A stretch of DNA of 64,000 nt from an uncultured Gammaproteobacteria bacterium (GTDB lineage Bacteria; Pseudomonadota; Gammaproteobacteria; UBA9214). The position numbers were made by a program, and so were the translations under genes. Under the pieces are notes generated by a model. The model ran no database searches and had not been told where the DNA came from. It worked only from the letters and a program-made list of their open reading frames with translations. Every line of letters starts with the position of its first letter. Position 1 is the stretch's first letter. Positions 50,869 to 60,205 of this stretch are shown here, in pieces. The DNA lies in NCBI GenBank assembly GCA_963773065.1, contig CAVYZN010000032.1:64001-128000 (forward strand), given 5' to 3'.

Positions 50869-51954
50869 TCAGAGCTTGCCGTCCGCGGCCATGGCCATGT
50901 AGGTGTCATCGAAGCGCAGCTTGACGTTGGCCTTGTCGCCGAGGGACTTCCCACCGGGAAAGGCGATGCCGATGAAGCCGGCGTCCGGCGCGCCCTCGCC
51001 GAGCAGCCCGTGATCGAAGGAAAACCTGGCGACACGCTTCATGGTGTCGGGCAGCTCGGTGCCGCGCGTGAAGGACAGCGCCTCCGCGGCCTGGTAGAAC
51101 ATGCGCGTGGTGGCGAGCTGGGCGTCGTAGCCGGGGAGGTCGGTGCCGGAGGCCTTGGCCATCTGGGTGCGCGCCGCACTAGCGGCCGCGTCCTTGCCGG
51201 ACATGACGGACAGGATTTCATACCAGGCGCCGGTCAGCGCCTTGCCGAGCGCCGGATTGGCCTTGAGGGTGGCGGTGTTGACCACCATCAGGTCGATGAT
51301 CTCGCCGGGGATCTGGCTGGAATCGAACACCTTGTGGCTGTCGGGCGTGGCCAGGATCTCGCTCAGCAGCGGATTCCAGGTGACCACGGCGGTGACATCG
51401 GGCGAGGCGTAGGCGGCGACCATGTCGGCGTCGGAGGTGTTGACGACGGTGATGTCCTGCTCGCCCAGGCCGATCCCGTCCAGGGCGCGCGCCAGCAGGT
51501 AATGGGACACGGACAGCTCCACCAGGTTGACCTTCTGGCCCTTGATGTCCGCCAGGGATTTCTTGCCCTTGAGGACCACGCCGTCGTTGCCGTTGGAGAA
51601 GTCGCCGACGATCAGCGCGGTGGAATCGACGCCGCCGGCGGCGGGGATGGTGAGCGCGTCCATGTTGGTCATGACGCAGCCGTCGAAGGCTCCGGCCGTG
51701 TACTGGTTGATGGACTCGACGTAATCGTTGATCTGCACGACCTCGATCTTGATGCCGTACTTGTCGGCCCACTTCTTAATGATCCCGGCCTGGTCGCCAT
51801 AGTCCCAGGGCATCCAGCCGACATAGATGCTCCAGGCGATGCGGAAGCTGTCCTTCGCCAAGGCGGGCGCGGAACCGGCGGCCAGGCCGAAGGTCAACAG
51901 GAGGGCGGCGCAGAGATGGAAAATGCGCGTGCTGCGGATGTACTGGAGGTTCAT
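50869..51954 (-). CDS. ABC substrate-binding protein (urea carboxylase system, likely guanidine)
   Basis: Signal peptide, WSIYVGWMPW, DYVESINQYT, DFSNGND. Confidence 0.9.
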   Translation of the reverse strand: MNLQYIRSTRIFHLCAALLLTFGLAAGSAPALAKDSFRIAWSIYVGWMPWDYGDQAGIIKKWADKYGIKIEVVQINDYVESINQYTAGAFDGCVMTNMDALTIPAAGGVDSTALIVGDFSNGNDGVVLKGKKSLADIKGQKVNLVELSVSHYLLARALDGIGLGEQDITVVNTSDADMVAAYASPDVTAVVTWNPLLSEILATPDSHKVFDSSQIPGEIIDLMVVNTATLKANPALGKALTGAWYEILSVMSGKDAAASAARTQMAKASGTDLPGYDAQLATTRMFYQAAEALSFTRGTELPDTMKRVARFSFDHGLLGEGAPDAGFIGIAFPGGKSLGDKANVKLRFDDTYMAMAADGKL

Positions 51955-52012
51955 GACTTTCTCCCTTGCTGGTTGCGGTTGGGTTCAATTCACGGGGAGA
52001 CCAAGCGTGCCG

Positions 52013-52112
52013 ACCTCCCGGGCTTTTATCCCGCCGTGTAACCCCCCGCAAGAGAGGTCGGCGACTCTCGGACCAGCCATCCGCCACCGGCGGACCGGAA
52101 CCCTAGTCACCT
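52013..52112 (-). ncRNA. Guanidine-I (ykkC-yxkD) riboswitch
   Basis: CTAGGGTTCCG..CTGGTCCGAGAG..ACACGGCGGGATAAAAGCCCGGGAG. Confidence 0.93.
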
Positions 52113-52178
52113 ATTCCTGTCATTGGGGAGCGGACCCGGTGATGCCGCACGGTGTCGATCCCCCGCGACAGAGAGAAA

Positions 52179-52195
52179 AGCAAATCGGATGCCAA
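52179..52195 (-). promoter_or_regulatory. Sigma54 promoter
   Basis: TTGGCATCCGATTTGCT upstream of the riboswitch. Confidence 0.75.
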
Positions 52196-52538
52196 CCGGG
52201 GCACATCCGATAATCAAGGGGTTAACCCGTCGTGATGATGTTGGTGCGAACCGGGCGCCCTGAAATGGCGCATTCCGGTGACGACTGTTCGCTGATGGTG
52301 CACACAGCGGTGACTCTATCCCGTGGCGCAAGGTGATGGCCGGTCGGGTCGGGATGACTCCAGCACGGGTGGTTGCTAATGCATCCGTTAGTCGATGCCA
52401 CTTTGCAGGGGCAAAGTGGTCCGGGATGGGCTTGCCGGAACCGTGTGCCGCCAGGACGGCGGCACGCCGAGCCTACAGGGACGTATTCACGGCGTGTTCC
52501 GGCAAGCCCATCCCGGACCACGTGGTTAATTGTGCGGG

Positions 52539-55500
52539 TCACGAAGAGCCGGCGGGGGAGGGTGGCACGCCGATTCCGGCCAGGAGGTCGAGCAGCCGCT
52601 CGGGGTCCACCGGCTTGACCAGGTGATGGTCGAAGCCAGCGGCCAGCGATCGCGCTCTGGCTTCCTCGTGTCCATACCCGGTTACCGCCACCAGCAGCGC
52701 CTCACGACCCTCCGGCAGCTCCCGCAGGCGCCGGGCCACCTCGTAACCGTCCATGCCTTTGAGCCCGATGTCGAGCAGCACGGCCTCGGGCCGGAACGAG
52801 GCGGCGAGCTCCAGCGCGGCCTGGCCCGTAGGCGCCACTTTTACCTGGTGGCCTTCCAGGGACAGCAGCACCCCCATGGCGTCGGCTACGGAAACATCGT
52901 CTTCCACCAGCAAAATTCGCCGCCCCGGCCGGCGCGGGGCCGGTCGGGGTTTTGCGGCCGTCTGGGCCTGGCGCGCCACTGCGGCGGGCAGCCAGACGGT
53001 GAATTCCGAGCCCTGGCCCGGGCCGGCGCTTTTTGCCTCCACCCGGCCGCCGTGCAACTCCACCAGCCGGTACACCAGCGTGAGCCCTATGCCCAGGCCG
53101 CCCTCGGTCCGATCCAGCGAGCGCTCGCCCTGCTCGAACAGGTCGAAGATGCGGGGCAACAATCCGGCCGGGATGCCGATGCCGTTGTCCCGCACCCTCA
53201 GCGCCACTTCCGGGCCGACCCGCTCGGCGCTGAGTTCGATTTTTCCGCCCTTGGGGGTGTATTTGGCGGCGTTGTCGAGGAGATTGAGCAGCACCTGGGT
53301 CAGGCGCACCGGATCCCCCTCCAGTTGCACCGGCACCTCCGGCAGGGAAACGGTAACCGCATGTCCTTTGCTCTCGATCAGGGGCCGGGCGGACTCCAGG
53401 GCCTGTTCGACCACCGCGGCCAGTTCGATGCGTTCTTTCTTGAGCGCGATATTGCCGCGGACGATGCGGGAGACATCGAGCAGGTCGTCCACCAGCCGGG
53501 TGAGGTGGACGACCTGTTGCTCGATGATTCCCCGCGCCCACTCGATCCGGGGCCCGTCCAGTCCCGGCTGGCCCATGATGTGGGCGGCGTTACGGATGGG
53601 CGCCAGCGGATTGCGCAGCTCGTGGGCCAGCATGGCCAGGAATTCGTCCTTGCGCCGGTCGGCCTCGCGCAGTGCTTCCTCGGCGCGTTTGTGGCTGGTG
53701 ATGTCATGCGCCACGAGGACCGCTCCCATCCGCTCGCCGCTGACCTCCAGCGGCGCATTGGAGCAGGCCACCATCACGGGCGAGCCGTCCTTGCGGAAGA
53801 ACAGGGCCTCCTCGTTGCGGACGGTTTCGCCAGAGGCGTAGATCCAGCAGTTGGGACAGTCGCTGAAGGGATAGGGACGGCCATCCGCATGGTGGTGATG
53901 AATCAGATCGTGCAATACCTGCCCCAGGAACTCACCGGCGGTATAGCCGAAGATGCGCTCGGCTTCCGCGTTCACGAAGGTGGTGCGGCCATACTCATCC
54001 GTGACAAAAATCGAATCCGCCGCGCACTCCGTGATCGCGTTGGTGAGACGCAGTTGTAGCCGTAATTTCTCCTCGGCCTGCTTGCGCACGGTGATGTCCT
54101 GGGTGGTTCCGAATCCCCCGAGCAGCGTCCCTTGTTCGTCGAATTCCAGCTCGGCCCGCTCGCGGACCCATTTCACCATGCCATCCGCGATCAGCCGGTG
54201 CTCGATGTCGTACGGTTCGCCGTGCAGCGCCGCCTTCCACATCCGGTCGACATACTCCCGGTCATCGGGATGAACGGTCGAAAGGAAGGTCTCATACGTC
54301 AGCGGTGTTCCTCTGGGTATGCCGAAAATCCGGTGGTTCTCGTCGGACCACAGCAATTCATTGTGCCGCACATCCAGCCGCCAACTCCCGATCTGCCCCA
54401 CGGCCTGGGCCCGGTTGAGGTCCATTTCACTGTCGCGCAGGGCCTCGCCCACCCGCTTGCTCTCGGTGACGTCCTGCACCGTGGCGACCAGGTATTCCAC
54501 GCCATGACCCGCACGGCGCACGCATTTCACGTCCAGGCTGGTCTCGATGAGGCTGCCGTCCTTGCGCACGAAGCGCTTGTCCAGCATGTAACCATCGCTC
54601 GCGCCGTTCAGAACCTGTTCGAGCTGGACCCGTTCGGCGGTGAGGTCGTCCGGGTGGGTGATCTCCTCCCAGGTGGTTTGCAGCAACTCCTCGCGCGGGT
54701 AGTCCAGAATCTCGCACAAGCGGTCATTGGCATGCAGCCAGCGCCTGCTCTCAGGCGAGGTGATGGCCATGCCGATGAAGGGCAGGTCGTAGAACAGCTT
54801 GAGCAGCCGGTCCTTTTCCGCGGCTTGGGCGATCAGTTCCAGCCGGTGGGCGTGCTGCTCCTGACGCCACAACAGGAACACCGCCGCCGCCACGGCGGCG
54901 ACGGCGGCGAACGCGACCAGACCGATCCAGAACACCAGATCGTGGAGTGGGCGCAGCACCTCGTCCCGATCCACCTTGGTCAGCAGGAACCATGACGTAT
55001 TCGGCACCTGGCGTACGGCGGAGAGCACCGGGATGCCGCGATAGTCGCGGCCTTCTATGTTTCCAGTACGGCCGCTGCGCAGGGCGATGGCGGCGGTTAG
55101 CTCCGGCGTGTCGAGCGGGAGACGGAAGGTGAGCGCCGCGTCCCCGCGGTGACGCAATTGGTTGAGATACAGGACGCTGTTCCCATCCCGGCGGATCAGC
55201 AGGGTTTCGCCGCTGGGGCTGGGCGTGGGCCAGGTCTGGATGAGGGGGAACAGAAACTCCTCGACCGCGGCGCGCAGCACCGCCACACCCGCCACCCGGT
55301 GCGCGCCGGCGTCGCGTTTGATGAGCGGCACCACAAAATCCAGCCGAATCTGCTCCGCGCCGTCCCGATACAGATCGCTGACCTGCACTAGCCCCGTACG
55401 CAGGGCTGCCGGCAGCAGCGCTGTCCGGATGCCCTTCAGGGTGTCGGGCTCTCCCGGCGGTGAGAGCAGGCGCTCACCGTCTGCATCCAGCAGTTGGACG

Positions 55501-56069
55501 TCGTGGTGATACAGGCGCTTGAGTACCTCGAGTCGCCTGAGGATGCGCTCCCGGGCGTCGCCGTCGCGCGTGCGCTGCCAGTTCTCGACGTCGTCGATGA
55601 AACCTTCGCTGGCGGCGAGTTCCTCGGCGTTATTTCGCTTTGCTTCCAGCCAGGTTTCGATCTGAGTGACTTTCAGGTTGGCGATGGCGTCGAGGTTGGC
55701 TAATGCCTCGGCACGGATGCGGGGACCCTGCGTATGAATGACGCCGTAGCCGAGGAGGGGCACGACCAGGGCAAGCCCTAGGAACACGCCGAGCATGTTG
55801 CGGAGCTTCTGTACGCCAGGGCGCGCCGGCTTGTCCAGGCTGCTCCGGCCCCAGACCCGCAACAGCAGGTAGAGCAGGAGGGAGGTGACGGCGACAAAGG
55901 CCACGCCCTTGGCCGTGCCGATCCAGGTAAGCCGCTCGGCGTCGTGCACCACGAGCGCCAGCAGCCGGTCGGACGCGAATATCCAGAGGGTGGCGAAAAC
56001 CAGGTAGAGGGCCGCGACGCGGGCAGCCGCTTGCCGGGTGGTTACGCGGCTATCCGGCAGGAACGACAT
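52539..56069 (-). CDS. Hybrid sensor histidine kinase (TM/Cache-like domain, three PAS, HisKA, HATPase, receiver)
   Basis: FLAMLAHELRNPL, NLLDNAAKY, GLGIGL, LLDIGL..KP; intact 1176-aa ORF. Confidence 0.92.
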   Translation of the reverse strand: MSFLPDSRVTTRQAAARVAALYLVFATLWIFASDRLLALVVHDAERLTWIGTAKGVAFVAVTSLLLYLLLRVWGRSSLDKPARPGVQKLRNMLGVFLGLALVVPLLGYGVIHTQGPRIRAEALANLDAIANLKVTQIETWLEAKRNNAEELAASEGFIDDVENWQRTRDGDARERILRRLEVLKRLYHHDVQLLDADGERLLSPPGEPDTLKGIRTALLPAALRTGLVQVSDLYRDGAEQIRLDFVVPLIKRDAGAHRVAGVAVLRAAVEEFLFPLIQTWPTPSPSGETLLIRRDGNSVLYLNQLRHRGDAALTFRLPLDTPELTAAIALRSGRTGNIEGRDYRGIPVLSAVRQVPNTSWFLLTKVDRDEVLRPLHDLVFWIGLVAFAAVAAVAAAVFLLWRQEQHAHRLELIAQAAEKDRLLKLFYDLPFIGMAITSPESRRWLHANDRLCEILDYPREELLQTTWEEITHPDDLTAERVQLEQVLNGASDGYMLDKRFVRKDGSLIETSLDVKCVRRAGHGVEYLVATVQDVTESKRVGEALRDSEMDLNRAQAVGQIGSWRLDVRHNELLWSDENHRIFGIPRGTPLTYETFLSTVHPDDREYVDRMWKAALHGEPYDIEHRLIADGMVKWVRERAELEFDEQGTLLGGFGTTQDITVRKQAEEKLRLQLRLTNAITECAADSIFVTDEYGRTTFVNAEAERIFGYTAGEFLGQVLHDLIHHHHADGRPYPFSDCPNCWIYASGETVRNEEALFFRKDGSPVMVACSNAPLEVSGERMGAVLVAHDITSHKRAEEALREADRRKDEFLAMLAHELRNPLAPIRNAAHIMGQPGLDGPRIEWARGIIEQQVVHLTRLVDDLLDVSRIVRGNIALKKERIELAAVVEQALESARPLIESKGHAVTVSLPEVPVQLEGDPVRLTQVLLNLLDNAAKYTPKGGKIELSAERVGPEVALRVRDNGIGIPAGLLPRIFDLFEQGERSLDRTEGGLGIGLTLVYRLVELHGGRVEAKSAGPGQGSEFTVWLPAAVARQAQTAAKPRPAPRRPGRRILLVEDDVSVADAMGVLLSLEGHQVKVAPTGQAALELAASFRPEAVLLDIGLKGMDGYEVARRLRELPEGREALLVAVTGYGHEEARARSLAAGFDHHLVKPVDPERLLDLLAGIGVPPSPAGSS

Positions 56070-56542
56070 GGATGCTTGTCCATGAAAAAACCAGTGTGGA
56101 AGGCGGCATGCAGCCCCGGCAGTTGTCGTCGATCATCGGAATCCGGCCCGGGAAACCCTCGATGCCGGCGTGCCCGCCGTGCTGCCCCGGCCCTCGACTC
56201 CGTGGATGAGGTGACATCTCAGACCATAAACTCATCAGGGTGATGGAAATCGTGGCATGGTACTGCACAAACAAGCGGCGAACAAAGCCTGGGGCGGCAA
56301 GAAGCTGGCCGGGGAAACGGCGGGCAGGGGTGTCCGTGGTCTGTCGGTAGGGAAACCGCTTAGAGCGGAAGAGAACAAGGGTGAGAGTGGGCCGAGGGTG
56401 CCTTATCGGACCTATCGGCGGGAAGACCACGGCGGGATTCCGCGTCAAGGTGAGCCCGCTACAACCGTTTTTCGGGTGGATGCTCGCGAAATGGGCGGGT
56501 TATGCTTCCTATACTCCGGGTAACGCATAAGCTCAGTTGACC

Positions 56543-57475
56543 ATGTCACTTCGTCGCATTTTCAGAAAACTACGCAAAGGCGGGCTGTTGAAACTCAAGC
56601 GGCTGCTTTATGAGGAGATCTTGGTGCTGGGGGATTCCCATGCCCGTATCTTTCGGTATAAGCGAATCCGCCGCAGCCTCCCCAGATTTTTTTTCAACGT
56701 GACCAATGTGGGCGGGGCAACCGCTTCCGGTTTGGCCAACCCCAACTCCAAGACCCAAGCGTATCAGATTTTTCGCGAAGCCTTGCAAACCACCAAGGCG
56801 AAAACCGTGATCGTGATGCTGGGCGAGGTCGATACGGGGTTCGTCATCTGGTATCGGGCCAAAAAATATAACGAGGCGGTGAGCGTGGTGATGCAGGCGG
56901 CCATCAAAACTTACACCAGCTTTCTTTCGGAAATAAAAGCCCGCTCCTTTCGGGTCATCTGCATCAGCACGCCGCTGCCGACGATCAAGGACGGCAATGA
57001 TTGGGGAGAGATTGCCAACGCGAGAAAGGAAATCTCTGCCACCCAGGTGGAGCGGACCGCCCTCACCTTGGCCTTCAATCAACAGATCGAGGTATTCTGT
57101 CAGTTGGAGGGCATTTCCTTTATCAATCTCGATAAGCGTTCGCTGGGAGAAGACGGCACGGTGAATCCCTCGCTGCTCAACTCGAATCCCAATAACCATC
57201 ATTATGAGCCGCAGGCCTATGCCGCGCTGCTGGTTGGACCGCTTCAGGACGTGGCCGCTTCAAAGTCCGAATCGGGGTCTCAAATGCCGAGCCTGAGGAT
57301 CATCAGGTTGGCGATGACGTCGATTTTGGCCAATGCCGTTAGCGGGCTGTGGCACAGGCACTGCGTGTCGGCGTTAACACCTGCCCTGATGCCGGCCGGG
57401 TTGCTCGACGGCCTCCAAGCGGCTGGCAGGAAGCCCCGCAGCCAGGCCAATTGCTGCCGGGTCAGGGGCAAGTGA
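56543..57475 (+). CDS. SGNH/GDSL-like hydrolase
   Basis: LVLGDSH, LGEVD, NHHY; the C-terminal ~70 aa may be spurious read-through. Confidence 0.65.
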   Translation: MSLRRIFRKLRKGGLLKLKRLLYEEILVLGDSHARIFRYKRIRRSLPRFFFNVTNVGGATASGLANPNSKTQAYQIFREALQTTKAKTVIVMLGEVDTGFVIWYRAKKYNEAVSVVMQAAIKTYTSFLSEIKARSFRVICISTPLPTIKDGNDWGEIANARKEISATQVERTALTLAFNQQIEVFCQLEGISFINLDKRSLGEDGTVNPSLLNSNPNNHHYEPQAYAALLVGPLQDVAASKSESGSQMPSLRIIRLAMTSILANAVSGLWHRHCVSALTPALMPAGLLDGLQAAGRKPRSQANCCRVRGK

Positions 57476-57494
57476 TCGTGAGGGTTGCAATCAC

Positions 57495-57515
57495 GAATAG
57501 GAAACATTATCATTT
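57495..57515. promoter_or_regulatory. Putative Fur box
   Basis: Reverse complement AAATGATAATGTTTCCTATTC upstream of hemP. Confidence 0.5.
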
Positions 57516-57615
57516 GTACATGTAATAATCGTCCATGGTGAAGACTGCCACTTGACGACAAGGCCATCTTCACCGGTCTGGATACGGCCTGCGGTGACAA
57601 AGGGGGGATATTCAT

Positions 57616-57822
57616 TTGGAGAGGGAAAATCAGGTCTTCCGTAAGGCCGTGATAAACGCCGGTCCGAACCCCGCCGTGGCGGGAACCGCCGGTGTAGACG
57701 GGGCGCCGTGTTATTCGACCCATGAATTGTTCGGCGCTGCCCGGCTGGTCACGATCGTACACGCGGGGCAGATCTACCGGATGCAAATCACCCGTATGGG
57801 AAAGTTGATCCTGACTAAATAG
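57616..57822 (+). CDS. hemP: Hemin uptake protein HemP
   Basis: ELFG..VTIVHAGQIYRMQITRMGKLILTK; start uncertain. Confidence 0.85.
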   Translation: MERENQVFRKAVINAGPNPAVAGTAGVDGAPCYSTHELFGAARLVTIVHAGQIYRMQITRMGKLILTK

Positions 57823-57952
57823 ACCCGCGGGCCGGGAATGCCGCCGTTCCCGTCCCGGGCACTAAGTTCCGGCGGTTGCCGTAGCCAGCCATGCAGCGCC
57901 ATCGGGCGATGCCAGCCAGCCTCTTTGATCGATCTCACCGAGGAGGTGCTGC

Positions 57953-58297
57953 ATGTCCGACATATCCCGTGGTACCGACGCGCAACGCGTTGCGCACATC
58001 GAAGACTCGCTGTTTTTTCTCATGACCCGTTTCGGGGTATGCCCCTGCGCCTGGCTTGCGGAGGCGATCAAACACCAGATTGAAATGCTGCTGCGGCAGC
58101 CCGGAGACGCCGGTGCCGCTAAGGCGCGGTTGTACCGCCAATTGTTGCCCGCCTGGCGGCATCTTGCCGAGGAGACGTCCCATGCCCCGGAGGACATGAC
58201 GGTGGCGAGCGCCGCGATATCGATACGTTCCACCGCATCGCCTCCGCGGCCGTGTACCCCGCGGGAGTCGGCGGTGGGGCGTGTTGCGAATCCATAG
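57953..58297 (+). CDS. Hypothetical protein
   Basis: GAGGAGG RBS; contains CPC..AIKHQI. Confidence 0.5.
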   Translation: MSDISRGTDAQRVAHIEDSLFFLMTRFGVCPCAWLAEAIKHQIEMLLRQPGDAGAAKARLYRQLLPAWRHLAEETSHAPEDMTVASAAISIRSTASPPRPCTPRESAVGRVANP

Positions 58298-58346
58298 GGT
58301 ACGGGCCGTGATTAATCTCAACCAAAGAATCAAAGGAGCAAATTCA

Positions 58347-59430
58347 ATGCGGAAGACCCCTACACGAGCAGTCCACGCACTGGCCGCGCTGCTGGCCGGC
58401 ATCATCCTCTGCGGTCCCGCCGCGGCGCAGACGCGGGAATACTGGATCGCGGCCGACGAGGTTGCCTGGGACTACCCCCCTCGTTTCCCATCGATTTGAT
58501 GTATGGTGAGGAATTCACCCCGGAGCAGCGGGTATTCGTCGAGAACGGCATCGGCCGTGTCTATCTTAAATCGCTCTATAGCGCGTACACCAAAGGCTTC
58601 GCCTCCCCAAGCCGCGCGGACCGCGTGAGCAGCATCTGGGTACGCTCGGGCCGGTCATCCGGGCCGAGGTCGGGGACACGATCGTCGTGCATTTCCGCAA
58701 CAACACCCGGTTTCCCGCCAGCGTCCACCCGCACGGGGTCTTCTATGAAAAGTCATCCGAGGGCGCGCCGTATGCGGATGGCACCGGCGATGGGAGCGGC
58801 GACAGCGTGGCGCCGGCGAGCGAGTATACCTACGTCTGGCCGGTGCCGGAGCGGGCAGGTCCCGGACCGAACGATCCCAGTTCCATTGCCTGGGTCTACC
58901 ATTCGCATGTGGACGAGGTCGCCGACACGAATGCCGGGCTGATCGGTCCGATCATCATCACCCGGCGCGGCATGGCGGACGCGGACGGCGCCCCCCGGCA
59001 TGTCGACCGCGAATTCATCTCCCTGTTCACCATCTTCAATGAAAACGCCAGCCGCTATCTGGAGGCCAACCTGGCGAACTGCACCAACGGCTCCTGTGAT
59101 CCCGGCGATGCGGACTTCCAGGAGAGCAATCTAAAGCACGGCATCAACGGGCTGCTGTATGGCAACAACCGGGGCTATGAGATGCGCGTCGGGGAACGCG
59201 TGCGCTGGTACATCATCGGCATGGGGACCGAGGTGGACCTGCACACGCCGCACTGGCACGGCAACACCCTGCTGCATCAGGGCAGCCGGCTCGATGTGGC
59301 GGAGATTCTGCCCGCCGCCACCAAAACCTTCGACATGGTGCCAGACAATCCCGGTACCTGGATGTTCCACTGCCACGTGAACGATCATCTGAGCGCGGGT
59401 ATGATGACGGTGTATACCGTGACCGAGTAA
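58347..59430 (+). CDS. Secreted two-domain multicopper oxidase (frameshifted)
   Basis: Signal peptide, REYWIAADEVAWDY, SVHPHG, YHSH, HTPHWHG, FHCHVNDHLSAGM. Confidence 0.88.
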
Positions 59431-59488
59431 TCCTGGGGGGCGCCGCCTGTCCTGGCACCGGCGGCATCCGGCGCCCGGCCGATGAGGG

Positions 59489-60205
59489 TCAAGCGGGTAC
59501 GAACCGGTAGCCGATGCCCGTCTCGGTGATCAGGTGCCTGGGCCGCGCCGGGTCGGCTTCGAGTTTTTGCCGCAGATGCCCCATGTAGATACGCAGGTAG
59601 TGGCTGTGCTCCACGTGGGACGGCCCCCAAACCTCGCGCAGGAGCAGCCGATGCGTCAGCACCTTTCCCGGGTGGCTCAGCAGTACCGCAAGCAAGCGGA
59701 ACTCGACCTGGGTCAGGTGGACTTCCTGCTCGCTCCGTAAGACGCGGCGATTCGCCAGATCCACGACCACATCGGCGAAGCGCAGCACGGGACCCTGCTC
59801 ATCGCCGGAGCGGGCGGTGCGGCGCAGCGACGCCCGCATCCGCGCCAGCAGCTCCGCCACGCCGAAAGGCTTGCTCAGGTAATCGTCGGCGCCCGCATCC
59901 AGCGCCTCAACCTTGTCATGCTCCTCGACCCGGGCCGACAGGACGACGATGGGCATGCCGCTCCAGGCGCGCACCGCGCGGATGAAGTCCGTGCCATCGC
60001 CGTCGGGCAGACCCAGATCGAGGATGACGAGATCGGGCTTGCGCGTGCCGGCCTCGATCAAGCCGCGTTGCAGCGTTCTCCGCCTCGAACACGCGAAAGC
60101 CCTCCGCCTCCAGGGCATGGCGCACGAAGCGCCGGATTTCCTTCTCGTCCTCGACGATCAGGATATTGGCGTGCGTCTCGATGGGACTGGCTCCCCTGGT
60201 TTCAT
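59489..60205 (-). CDS. kdpE: Response regulator KdpE (frameshifted)
   Basis: LDLGLPDGDG, ADDYLSKPF, YLRIYMGHLRQKLE, TETGIGYR. Confidence 0.92.

Noticed and set aside
56070-56540. Possible ncRNA in the long intergenic region
   Set aside because: No recognisable motif or convincing structure by eye.
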